Origin: an uncultured virus (IMG/VR IMGVR_UViG_3300027749_000050)
Lineage: Duplodnaviria; Heunggongvirae; Uroviricota; Caudoviricetes
Strand: one strand, 5' to 3'
Length of the DNA: 64,000 nt
Virus record (IMG/VR): IMGVR_UViG_3300027749_000050
Shown: piece by piece, positions 56,301 to 64,000 of the stretch
Position numbering within the stretch: position 1 is the first letter of the stretch
How the letters are laid out: every line of letters starts with the position of its first letter
Notes under the pieces: generated by a model
What the model saw: only the letters and a program-made list of their open reading frames with translations
What the model was told of the DNA's origin: nothing
Databases searched by the model: none
Position numbers and translations under genes: made by a program

Positions 56301-56588
56301 AAATATACTTTGAGCTGAAGCTACGTTTTCAGGCATAGAAAAATCTGAAGCAGATATTTTCTTTAATTCTTCTTTAGCTTGCTTTATATATTGATCTCTT
56401 AAAGGAATATTAGCTTTATCTGATAAAGGTGCATTCAATACAGAATCATATGAACTTTTAGCTCTAGCTACTCCTTGATCATACAAAGCTTGCTTCTTCT
56501 GAAGCATCTTGTCAAAGAAGTTAAAATCCGGTTCATAGTTGACTGGTTCCGGAAAGATGTCTGTTATATTCGGTAGATATGTTGCCAT
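53379..56588 (-). CDS. large virion/ejected protein upstream of vRNAP
   Basis: 1069 aa with a helical N-terminus; its position matches the three-gene vRNAP block of crAss-like phages. Confidence 0.7.
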   Translation of the reverse strand: MATYLPNITDIFPEPVNYEPDFNFFDKMLQKKQALYDQGVARAKSSYDSVLNAPLSDKANIPLRDQYIKQAKEELKKISASDFSMPENVASAQSIFSPFWDDQFMLKDSALTKWYQGQAQKLTTWRDDNDPKTKEQYSGIAMMYLNNGLEKLQNAGRNADAYSKIEKREAVPFTNIQKYLEDEATKQKLEVKWDEQSPDGGYLISSKNGERSKQKFKTWAESTIGNNFYEQFRVTGIVEKEQRIKNLRKSLPNLTDEQSVDVMSKDVITELDQGYKKRQNSIDVERSEIMGVLKSMPSTMTEQQKNFVDKLNQDLITLEGKEKGLNTDYKYFNQTDKNRITDALRVDPDSYFATLARQRLVDNWATGKSSIENKEIKENSAFFSAQNLQMRKAEFNRNASNDVWEKQKDVWAQNNKLTELAQKDWELKNPKPIGTGTTGKTKTIKDASGNDVVVPDLGEDVFSTGRYIGLGTTGDITASATTAAEVYNKRMTETYLSAHDMIFDPKGLLYVTKSGLNLNDAEIASISSALKNEVRSIHDKNSPDYNFTAEQKAATDKLGKALQNNPAVQNAGIKKITGPGSLRNAIIAYGQDYFNKRLELGKEGNDVPLNQNEFGAMMSYLTSVQNLDTYNSNEANRQELLKKVLKNPEYKNIVIDHNGQKDIVTANDISKDMPTLELQPYGDPNPTHILKLSKQDVAARYIKGELGQTDQGDIFLDGKKYSLIKTNNEEGIIYGPRAWNDIYNKQLTPKYGTSEEFAAKVTKANEDVVPDLLFYRDKTGKLGTEWSYTFDKKHQEDKSFNILNEALSPANADIYGADGKPVDPSTMAALRALLQNKEENVEKYIQGFTYKTLGVGGKQTISFNIGEISAETKQQIGGVNLDQLNQQQYSLVISSTATGPTLTSLPNSTGMYVYQNLLRGKPMKCDPVIAASGFDFTATPNTDGTVGANGEANPPTAVTVNLKYNVRENVTDPKTKQLTSVTKQKSQDIDIPLVGPNSKSPDEIINYLYEKYYELMVSNRNTQQQYQQYLESPSNPSNAVNPATGQPVADKPTTFDRDKYYRDNGIIIK

Positions 56589-56646
56589 GTGTTACATTAA
56601 TAATATACTATAAAATCTGTAAAGTTTAAAACTAAACTTAATAAGT

Positions 56647-59600
56647 TTAGCCACCATATAAATCTGTCATGTCATATCCATCCATATTGTTTGGATATGC
56701 ATTTTGTGAACCACTCATCATTGCCATATATTGAGCTGCTGCATTTCTGCTATTACCTTGTCTATTTGATGCATTTCCTCCTGCAAATCCTGGAAACTTT
56801 TGTTGCATTAAAGCATTAATTGTCCTAGCATCTAATTTCATATCATTAAGTCTTTTTGCTTCAGCTACATATTGTGCATAGTCTGTTGAACTACTTCCTG
56901 AATTTTGACCACCTGTAATATTACCATAAGCATCTGTACCTGGTCTCATTGTTACAGCACCATTTTGATTACTTATATTAAATCCTGGATTAGTCTCATT
57001 CATTAAATTCCATTTCCAAGATCTGTATTCTGCAGGTATAGCTACTTTAAGGTAATTATTAACATATGCTCTGTTAGCATTATCTTTATTTTGTAGTCCT
57101 GTTACTGTCTTATCTGAAAGTCTAGTTTTTCTAGCAGCTTTCCATTGATCTAATGCATTAGCAATATCCACTTGTTTATCAGCATATTGGTTAGCTACAC
57201 CAACATTTTTATTTTGGTAGTCAGAAAGAATACCAGCAGCTTTTTCTGCAGCTCCCATTTGAGTAGCCATTGCATTAGTAGAGTATCCTTGAACAGGTCC
57301 TTGATATCCAGCCATCATTGTTTTAGCTAATCCAGAGTTTTCAGCAAGAGCTCTACTTGGATCATAGAAAGTAGGAATAGGTATTCTAGCATTAGCATCA
57401 GCTTCAAAAGGAGGATATAATTTAGGAGGAAACATCAAAGCTCCTAAAGCAGCCCACTTATCAGGCTTAGCCCATCTTGGATTAGTACCCTTTCCTCCCC
57501 ATCCAATACCTGTTCCTGGATGTGGAAAATCTTCATCATATGTAATTAGATCCTCACCTTCATTTATTTTTTCACATTTACCTGTAGTTGCATTTAAAGT
57601 GTAACCTGGAGGACATTCTGTTTTATCAGGAGTGCCAGCTACAGCAGGAGTAACAACTTCTGTTTTAGTTTGATACTCAGGATTTTCCTTAAGCATTTTA
57701 TGCACTTTAGCATTATGAGCAGCTTTTTGTGCTGGAGTTAAACTTCTCCACCAAGCATTTTCATTAGGTACGTACTTTTTACCTGGAATAGTTTTAGTAA
57801 CAGCATCTTGACCAGTGGTACCTTTAGTAATATTAGGATCTTTTACATCAATTGTTTTAGTACCTTTTCTCCATGTATTAGTATTTCCTACTCTTGAATA
57901 TCCTTGTTTTTCATAATTACTAATTTCAGCTTTAGGAACTTTACGTGGTGTACCATCATTTGTTTCTTCTTCTGACATCTCCATTCCTAATGCAGCATAA
58001 GGAATATAATCTCCACCATACTCCATACCATTACCATACATGAATTGAGGAAGTCCATATGCACTATCAGCCATATTAGGAATATAACTACCACCATAAG
58101 CATAACCACCACCATACATACCCATAGGAGGTTGTCCTTCCATCATTTCTTGAGAAGGAGCTTGTTGTCCTTGAGGACCTTGCATCATTTGTTCTTGACC
58201 ACCACCTTGTTGTTGGGCACCACCTTGCAGTTGTTCCATAACAAACTGAATAATTTCTTGAGCTTTATTTTCAGGAATCTTAGCTGCTATTAATTGTTGA
58301 TATACTTGTTCAGGAGGCATTCCTTGCTTTATCATATCAGCAACTTTTATTAAAAGAGTTTCATCAGGTGATGCTTGTCCTCCTTGAGCATAGCTACCAC
58401 CGTACATAGCTTGATCTTGCATTTCATTTTCAACACAATTAGCTCCATAACATCCTGTACTACCTCTATTTTTTCTACCTCTTCTTTCCTCTGCTTTTTC
58501 TCTAAGTCTCATTTTAAAGTTTTCAAATCCACCTCCAGTGTTACGTTCTTTTCTAGGTTCAGCCCATTGTGTAGGATACCATCCCCCTGTTATAGGAGTT
58601 GTATATGATTGTACACCATATGGATTACTATCCATACTTGTTTGATCACTAGGAATACTATGTCTCTTCATAAAAAGAACACTAGGATGTTTTATAAATG
58701 CTTTAGCTGTTGCTCTTGCACTATTAAAATCACTAACATTTCCTGTTTTTTCATTTTTATATTTATTAGCTGCCCCATACAAAGTTTCATAGAAGGGATC
58801 CATAGCTGTATAAGCATCAGATCCAAGTTGTTTTAATCTTTGTTCATCACAATCTACTACATTGCCTTGAGCATCTCTACATGGTTCACCACCTGTAAGA
58901 AATGGAGGCATACCATATTGTCCTTGATAATCATCAGTCATTCCACCATAAGCCATACCATAATCAGGAATATAACTTCCTCCTTGATCAAAGTATGTAC
59001 CTTGATAATAAGTACCATTGCCCCCTGGATTAAAAGTTTGTCCACCTCTTCTAAAGTCTCCACCGTATGCAGCCATTTGAGAAGGATCCATTCCTTGTTG
59101 TTGGGCCATCATCATTTGTTGTTCCTCTGGTGACATCTGTTGAGGAGCAGCTTGTTGAGACATCATTCCTTGTTGAGGTTGTTGTTGAGCAGCACCTGCT
59201 CCCATTTGTTGCATAACACTTTGTATAATAGCAATAGCTTTCTTCTGAGGAATTTTAGCTTGTACTAATTCTTGTAAAACTTCTTCTGGCTTAGCTCCTT
59301 GTTGTAACATTTGAGCTACTCCTTGAATTATTTGTTGATCTTTACTACCACCTTTACTTCTTTTCTGACCACCTCTTGCATACATATCTTCTTCTCCCCC
59401 ATAATCAAACATCCCACCATATGCCATATAAGGATCCATATTATAAGAAGGAACAAATCCACCATTATCAAACATACCTCCATAAGCCATGCCTGGTTGT
59501 TGTGGAGCTTCTTGACCTTCATTAGAATTTTGTTGAGTACGTTGTTGTTGTTTCATTAATGATTCTGCCACTTTAGGAATACCTTGAGGAAATCCTTTTT

Positions 59601-60138
59601 TACCTTCTTGTACTAAAGCAAGTTCAGCAAGTTTCTTTTCATAATTTGCCATCATATTTTTTGCAGTTTTTTTAGCTAAAGCATCTGAATTAGGATTATT
59701 AAGAATAGCTTTATATTTATTAATGTCATACTGTTTAGCAAGCTCGGCTGGAGTGTACTTTTTCTTATCATTCTTACCTTTGCCAAAATGTGAAAGTATT
59801 GGGCCTCCCAATTTCATCTTCTTAGTATTAGAATAAATAAAAGTTCCTTCTGGTACATTTAGAGGTGTTCCTCCTTCACTATGTAATCTACCAGGAATTT
59901 TCATATGTTCTCTTTGACCATCTCCATCAAAATCACCATATGCTGTTTCTCCTTTTTCAGCTTCTATATTAGCTTGATTACGAGGAACAGGTTTTATTGT
60001 ACTTCCTACATCATCATAAGGATTGTCAGCCATATTGGAATAAATCCCTCTATGGTTTAAGCTAAGACCGTAGCTAGATTGTCCACCGTATTTCATTTGC
60101 TGGGGAGCTTTTTCAACAATCACTTTAAATTTTTTCAT
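56647..60138 (-). CDS. large Q/G/M-rich virion cargo-like protein
   Basis: 1163 aa; ANIEAEKGE...HSEGGTPL..PEG..IYS domain, about 18 xxxGG motifs, duplicated helical module. Confidence 0.75.
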   Translation of the reverse strand: MKKFKVIVEKAPQQMKYGGQSSYGLSLNHRGIYSNMADNPYDDVGSTIKPVPRNQANIEAEKGETAYGDFDGDGQREHMKIPGRLHSEGGTPLNVPEGTFIYSNTKKMKLGGPILSHFGKGKNDKKKYTPAELAKQYDINKYKAILNNPNSDALAKKTAKNMMANYEKKLAELALVQEGKKGFPQGIPKVAESLMKQQQRTQQNSNEGQEAPQQPGMAYGGMFDNGGFVPSYNMDPYMAYGGMFDYGGEEDMYARGGQKRSKGGSKDQQIIQGVAQMLQQGAKPEEVLQELVQAKIPQKKAIAIIQSVMQQMGAGAAQQQPQQGMMSQQAAPQQMSPEEQQMMMAQQQGMDPSQMAAYGGDFRRGGQTFNPGGNGTYYQGTYFDQGGSYIPDYGMAYGGMTDDYQGQYGMPPFLTGGEPCRDAQGNVVDCDEQRLKQLGSDAYTAMDPFYETLYGAANKYKNEKTGNVSDFNSARATAKAFIKHPSVLFMKRHSIPSDQTSMDSNPYGVQSYTTPITGGWYPTQWAEPRKERNTGGGFENFKMRLREKAEERRGRKNRGSTGCYGANCVENEMQDQAMYGGSYAQGGQASPDETLLIKVADMIKQGMPPEQVYQQLIAAKIPENKAQEIIQFVMEQLQGGAQQQGGGQEQMMQGPQGQQAPSQEMMEGQPPMGMYGGGYAYGGSYIPNMADSAYGLPQFMYGNGMEYGGDYIPYAALGMEMSEEETNDGTPRKVPKAEISNYEKQGYSRVGNTNTWRKGTKTIDVKDPNITKGTTGQDAVTKTIPGKKYVPNENAWWRSLTPAQKAAHNAKVHKMLKENPEYQTKTEVVTPAVAGTPDKTECPPGYTLNATTGKCEKINEGEDLITYDEDFPHPGTGIGWGGKGTNPRWAKPDKWAALGALMFPPKLYPPFEADANARIPIPTFYDPSRALAENSGLAKTMMAGYQGPVQGYSTNAMATQMGAAEKAAGILSDYQNKNVGVANQYADKQVDIANALDQWKAARKTRLSDKTVTGLQNKDNANRAYVNNYLKVAIPAEYRSWKWNLMNETNPGFNISNQNGAVTMRPGTDAYGNITGGQNSGSSSTDYAQYVAEAKRLNDMKLDARTINALMQQKFPGFAGGNASNRQGNSRNAAAQYMAMMSGSQNAYPNNMDGYDMTDLYGG

Positions 60139-60156
60139 AAGTTTATTATTAGACCG

Positions 60157-62688
60157 TTATATAAATTTTACATTACCACCATTATTTAATATTTCTCTTA
60201 TTTCATCTTCAGTTAATTCATACTCTTCCCCTTCATTATAATTGTTTGGAGCATTAGTTTCTCCACCTTCTTCAAATGAATATCTTTTAATTATATCAGG
60301 ACTTTTTGAATTTTCCCATTTAGCAAATTGAATAAGTAGATTGTTAATTTCTTTAGAAGTTAGTTCGGTGAGTTTCTTATCTCCTCCCATTGATTTTACT
60401 ATATCAGGAGTAGATGGATTAGTTATATTAGGATTTCCACTCACCCATTTATTTCTAGCTTGAGCTATTGTTAATCCTGCTCCAGCATATCCTCCTCCCA
60501 TTAATAAATCTTTTGCAGCTTTGACACCAACCTCAGGAGTTGGAAATGCTGCAATATATCCTCCATTATCTTCTCCACCCACTGTAGCATTATATTTTTT
60601 AGTAAAATCTCCATAGTGAATATTTAATGGATTGTTTGTAACAGTTGGATCAACACTCCCAGTAGAATTTTTTTCTTTAGGAAAGTCTATATTAAAATTA
60701 AATATTCTACTTGGATCTACCAAATCCCCAGAAGGATTTCTATAAGTAAAATGTAAATGTGGACCAGTTGAATTTCCTGTATTTCCAGATAGAGCAATCA
60801 CTTGACCTTTAGATACATTATCCCCTACCTTTACTTTATACCCATTTAAATGAGCATATCCTGTTCTTGATCCATCTTCATGTTCTATAACAAGTTGATT
60901 ACCTCCTAATCCATTACTATAAATACTTTTAACCACTCCATTCATTGGAGCAAATACATCACTATTAATAGCTACACCTAAATCAAGTCCATTATGATTT
61001 GTAGAAGCTCCTTTTAAAGGTGCATTTCTAGATCCATACCCACTTGTTATTTTAAAGTTTTGTACAGGAAGCATGTAATCAGAATCAGAACTAGCTGCAT
61101 CTACATTACTTAAGTTACTTTGTGAATTTGAAGATGGTTGCTTTGAAGTTGCATCTAAAGATATTACATCAAGAGGAATGTCTGGTGCAGATTCTTCAAT
61201 AATACCTCCACCAAAAGCCATCTCATTTAATTCACCACCATACTTTCCTAATGAAAGACCTGGAGCTAGTTCATTAGTGTACATTCCTTTATTTACAACG
61301 TATCTCTTAGGATCATATACACCTTCTTGTGTATAATCACCACGAGATCCCACTGTTCCTACAGGCATGGAAACCGGAGCATTAAATCTACTTTGAAGTT
61401 GTTTTCTTTTCATTTCTTTTGCTATCCTCTCATTATCAATATAACTAGTAATAGCATTTGTAACTCCTAAACCCATTTCAATACTACCAGCAATTTTAGC
61501 TGGAGTTTGCAAAGCTTTATTAACATTGTTAAAAGATTTATCAGTCCAGTTTGCAAACTTTTGACCCCAATTTATTTTTGGAGTTACAACGTCTGGTTCA
61601 CTTGTACTATTAAGATCTGTTGAATATAATTTTGGGGCACCTGTATTTACACCAGGAGTAATTGTTTTATTTCCATCACCTGTAACAATTGTTTTTTGAG
61701 GTAAGTAAGCATCATTAGGATTTTGTCCATTGATGTCTAAATTAGCATCCCATAAACCAGGCATAGGTTGTTGTGTAAATCCTGACAACTGAGTAGGTTC
61801 AGGTGCTCCTGGATTATCAACTTTTTTTAAAGATTTATTACCATACTTCTGTCCTATTATTTTAGTAAAGTTGGGAAGCTTTGCTGCATAATCTATTTCT
61901 TCATCTTGCTTAGGTGCCTGAGGACCACTAACTGTAGGTACAGGAGCTTGTGTAACTGGTGCCGTACTTACAGGAGGTGCTGCTGTTTTAGTATTTCCAG
62001 GTTGTGTTACATACTCATTAGCTATATTACCTACACCTTGATAATAACCCGTATGAAAATCCTTCATGTTTTGTGGGTTCTTCCCACTATTAAGACCTAG
62101 ATTATAATATCTACTTTGTTCAGAATCTAAATTTTTAAGAAACTCTGTAGGATTATTATTATATGCAGCTAACACCTGATCTTTACGATTCTTCCAATCA
62201 TCTCCTGTAAATTGATCAGGAGATAAATTTTTACGTTGTAATTTAGTAGCTGCTCTTTCTTCAGGACTCATAGGATCCACTCCTTTAAAACTACTACCAG
62301 CCACCATAAGTTCACCATATGGATCACCTGTATTAACAGCTAATTGTAAAGCTCTTGTTCTTAAACCTGGTGGTAAATCTTTTACTTTAGACCAATAATT
62401 ATCATAATAGTATTTTTTAGCATCATCTTTATTTCCTATTTTTTGCATAATAGGTTTTCCTTGGGGATCTTTTTTACCAGTGTCATATTCAGTTAGGTTA
62501 GTACCCCAATTAGAACCACCCCCTACATATCCTTTAGTACCAGCTGAACTACCTTCTTGCTCGTAGTCCATCATAAAGTTAATGGCTTTTTCAAATTCAG
62601 GATCATATGGTGCATCTGTAGTTAGATTAGTTGTTTCAAAACCTAATGCTGCTTTTGGTAGTACACCTGTTATTTTTATTCTTGGCAT
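60157..62688 (-). CDS. virion-associated multidomain peptidoglycan hydrolase (GH108-like + M23 + lysozyme-like)
   Basis: M23 motifs HNGLDLG, YAHL and STGPHLHF; N-terminal E..GG.NWG..Y..NYW..LP..AVNTG; C-terminal NNPLNI...FPTPE.G..A...WEN. Confidence 0.8.
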   Translation of the reverse strand: MPRIKITGVLPKAALGFETTNLTTDAPYDPEFEKAINFMMDYEQEGSSAGTKGYVGGGSNWGTNLTEYDTGKKDPQGKPIMQKIGNKDDAKKYYYDNYWSKVKDLPPGLRTRALQLAVNTGDPYGELMVAGSSFKGVDPMSPEERAATKLQRKNLSPDQFTGDDWKNRKDQVLAAYNNNPTEFLKNLDSEQSRYYNLGLNSGKNPQNMKDFHTGYYQGVGNIANEYVTQPGNTKTAAPPVSTAPVTQAPVPTVSGPQAPKQDEEIDYAAKLPNFTKIIGQKYGNKSLKKVDNPGAPEPTQLSGFTQQPMPGLWDANLDINGQNPNDAYLPQKTIVTGDGNKTITPGVNTGAPKLYSTDLNSTSEPDVVTPKINWGQKFANWTDKSFNNVNKALQTPAKIAGSIEMGLGVTNAITSYIDNERIAKEMKRKQLQSRFNAPVSMPVGTVGSRGDYTQEGVYDPKRYVVNKGMYTNELAPGLSLGKYGGELNEMAFGGGIIEESAPDIPLDVISLDATSKQPSSNSQSNLSNVDAASSDSDYMLPVQNFKITSGYGSRNAPLKGASTNHNGLDLGVAINSDVFAPMNGVVKSIYSNGLGGNQLVIEHEDGSRTGYAHLNGYKVKVGDNVSKGQVIALSGNTGNSTGPHLHFTYRNPSGDLVDPSRIFNFNIDFPKEKNSTGSVDPTVTNNPLNIHYGDFTKKYNATVGGEDNGGYIAAFPTPEVGVKAAKDLLMGGGYAGAGLTIAQARNKWVSGNPNITNPSTPDIVKSMGGDKKLTELTSKEINNLLIQFAKWENSKSPDIIKRYSFEEGGETNAPNNYNEGEEYELTEDEIREILNNGGNVKFI

Positions 62689-62693
62689 AGTAA

Positions 62694-64000
62694 TTAAATT
62701 ATATCAAATTTATAACCTTGTTTTTTTAATTGTTCTAACTCTTCATCTGTTACATCCATTTCATCTCCTATAGTTACAGAACCTCCCATTTTATATCCTT
62801 GACCTTTTAAATAAAACCCTGCACCACCAGAACTATTAACTTCATATTTTTTCCAATCTGCAGAAGATATTTTATTTCCTTTTTTCATAAACCCTCTAGA
62901 ATAAGTACCATTATCTAAAACAATTAATTTTACTTTAGAAAGTTTGTGTTTAGCTTTAAATTCTTCTAGTGCTTTATCAACATCTGATAATGATCCACCA
63001 ACAAGAATTTTTTCTTTAAAGTCTGGAGTGGCAATAACTATTTTACCACCTGTATTTTGTCCATAAGTTTTATCTTGATCTTTACCTGCATTTGGTACAA
63101 GGAAAGGTAAATAAGTTTCACCCTTGTCAGTTTTTACATGAGGTACTTTAGAAGTCTTTTTATTACTTGTTTCTGTACCTAACTTATAGTTACCTTTTGC
63201 ATCTTTAATAAAACCTTCTGTTTCTACACTTCTAAAATCAGACATAGTAAGATTCTTTCCTTTCATATCTTTACCATACCCTAATTGGAATGTACCATTA
63301 TCATCTATACCACCATATATAACATTATCTTTTATCTCATTATCTTTATATTTTCTAATTGTATTAGTACCTAAGAAATCATCAGATGCACTGTTTCTTC
63401 TTTTAGATTTTGATGAGTATTCAGCAGCAAATGGAGTTAATACTAATCCAGCAGTTTCTGTAATACCATTTTGTTCTGTTGATGGTTTGCCTCCTCTGTT
63501 TTTAAATCCAAACTTAGCTCTATTTAAATCAACATACATAGGAGCATGATAAAAATTAGGATCTTCTCTATCTGTATCTACTACTTGTTTACCAAAAACT
63601 ACAGGAGGAGGTAAACTATCTTTAACATTAGGGTTGACTACAGGTATTGTAAAGTTAGTAATTGCTGTTGAGTCATCTCCTTTTGCAAGTCCTTTATCTC
63701 TAACACTTTTATTTTGATAAGCATCCCATAATCCTGATATACCTCTTTCTTCAAAAATAGATTTAGCATCTTGGAATGTTTCATTATTAGCAAGTTTGTC
63801 ACTTAATTTTATTGCTAAAGAAGGATTACCTGTAAACATTCCTAAAACGTCACTCATTTCTATATCATTTGAAATTGGTTTTTGTTTCTTTTTTATAGGA
63901 TCACTTTCTTCAACCTCAGTTTGTTTATTAACTTTTTTAAATGCTGGAACAATACTAAGTGGATTTATTGGATTTTTAGCCCAAGCATTTTCATTAAAAG
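62694..64000 (-). CDS. virion cargo-like protein, 5' end beyond the window
   Basis: The frame stays open from 63857 to the window end. It shares its C-terminal motif with the 60157..62688 product. Confidence 0.75.
   Translation of the reverse strand, partial: FNENAWAKNPINPLSIVPAFKKVNKQTEVEESDPIKKKQKPISNDIEMSDVLGMFTGNPSLAIKLSDKLANNETFQDAKSIFEERGISGLWDAYQNKSVRDKGLAKGDDSTAITNFTIPVVNPNVKDSLPPPVVFGKQVVDTDREDPNFYHAPMYVDLNRAKFGFKNRGGKPSTEQNGITETAGLVLTPFAAEYSSKSKRRNSASDDFLGTNTIRKYKDNEIKDNVIYGGIDDNGTFQLGYGKDMKGKNLTMSDFRSVETEGFIKDAKGNYKLGTETSNKKTSKVPHVKTDKGETYLPFLVPNAGKDQDKTYGQNTGGKIVIATPDFKEKILVGGSLSDVDKALEEFKAKHKLSKVKLIVLDNGTYSRGFMKKGNKISSADWKKYEVNSSGGAGFYLKGQGYKMGGSVTIGDEMDVTDEELEQLKKQGYKFDII

Noticed and set aside
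62694..63857. Complete 387-aa gene; phosphodiester-glycosidase assignment from LDNGTYS
   Set aside because: The frame continues past the window edge, and one short motif is too weak for a functional call.
1..64000. Stop-codon reassignment as seen in some crAss-like phages
   Set aside because: ORFs up to 13.5 kb are open in code 11, TAG and TGA end genes at sensible places, and no suppressor tRNA was seen.
33291..64000. Many 60-110 aa ORFs in the ORF track overlapping the giant genes
   Set aside because: They are antisense or alternative-frame shadows of long - strand CDSs with unnatural composition.

Overview
The window is a 64-kb, AT-rich segment of a large lytic Bacteroidota-infecting phage of the crAss-like/phi14:2-like type (Crassvirales-related; family assignments are by motif recognition only, no searches run). 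Layout: (1) an ncRNA cluster at 30-760 with a ~170-nt rod-like structured RNA candidate, a non-canonical tRNA-Thr(UGU)-like cloverleaf and a complete tmRNA with a 25-codon tag; (2) a + strand early/accessory region at 798-14236 with small hypothetical genes, intergenic hairpin arrays, a DUF6915/DUF6878/DUF6745-like cluster, an SF2 helicase, UNG and a MoxR/RavA AAA+ plus vWA pair; (3) a - strand island at 14316-20592 with tail-fibre-like and lysis genes; (4) a + strand replication operon at 20711-33279 (DnaA-CTD protein, DnaB, AAA ATPase, primase, HNH, PD-(D/E)XK exonuclease, PolB, dNMP kinase, cyclic-phosphate-processing receiver protein); (5) a - strand block at 33291-64000 of giant virion proteins, including a 4485-aa DFDID-motif virion RNA polymerase, a triple muralytic protein and proteins rich in a hydrophobic-x-x-GG motif. 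Standard genetic code. No CRISPR array, integrase or reverse transcriptase was seen.
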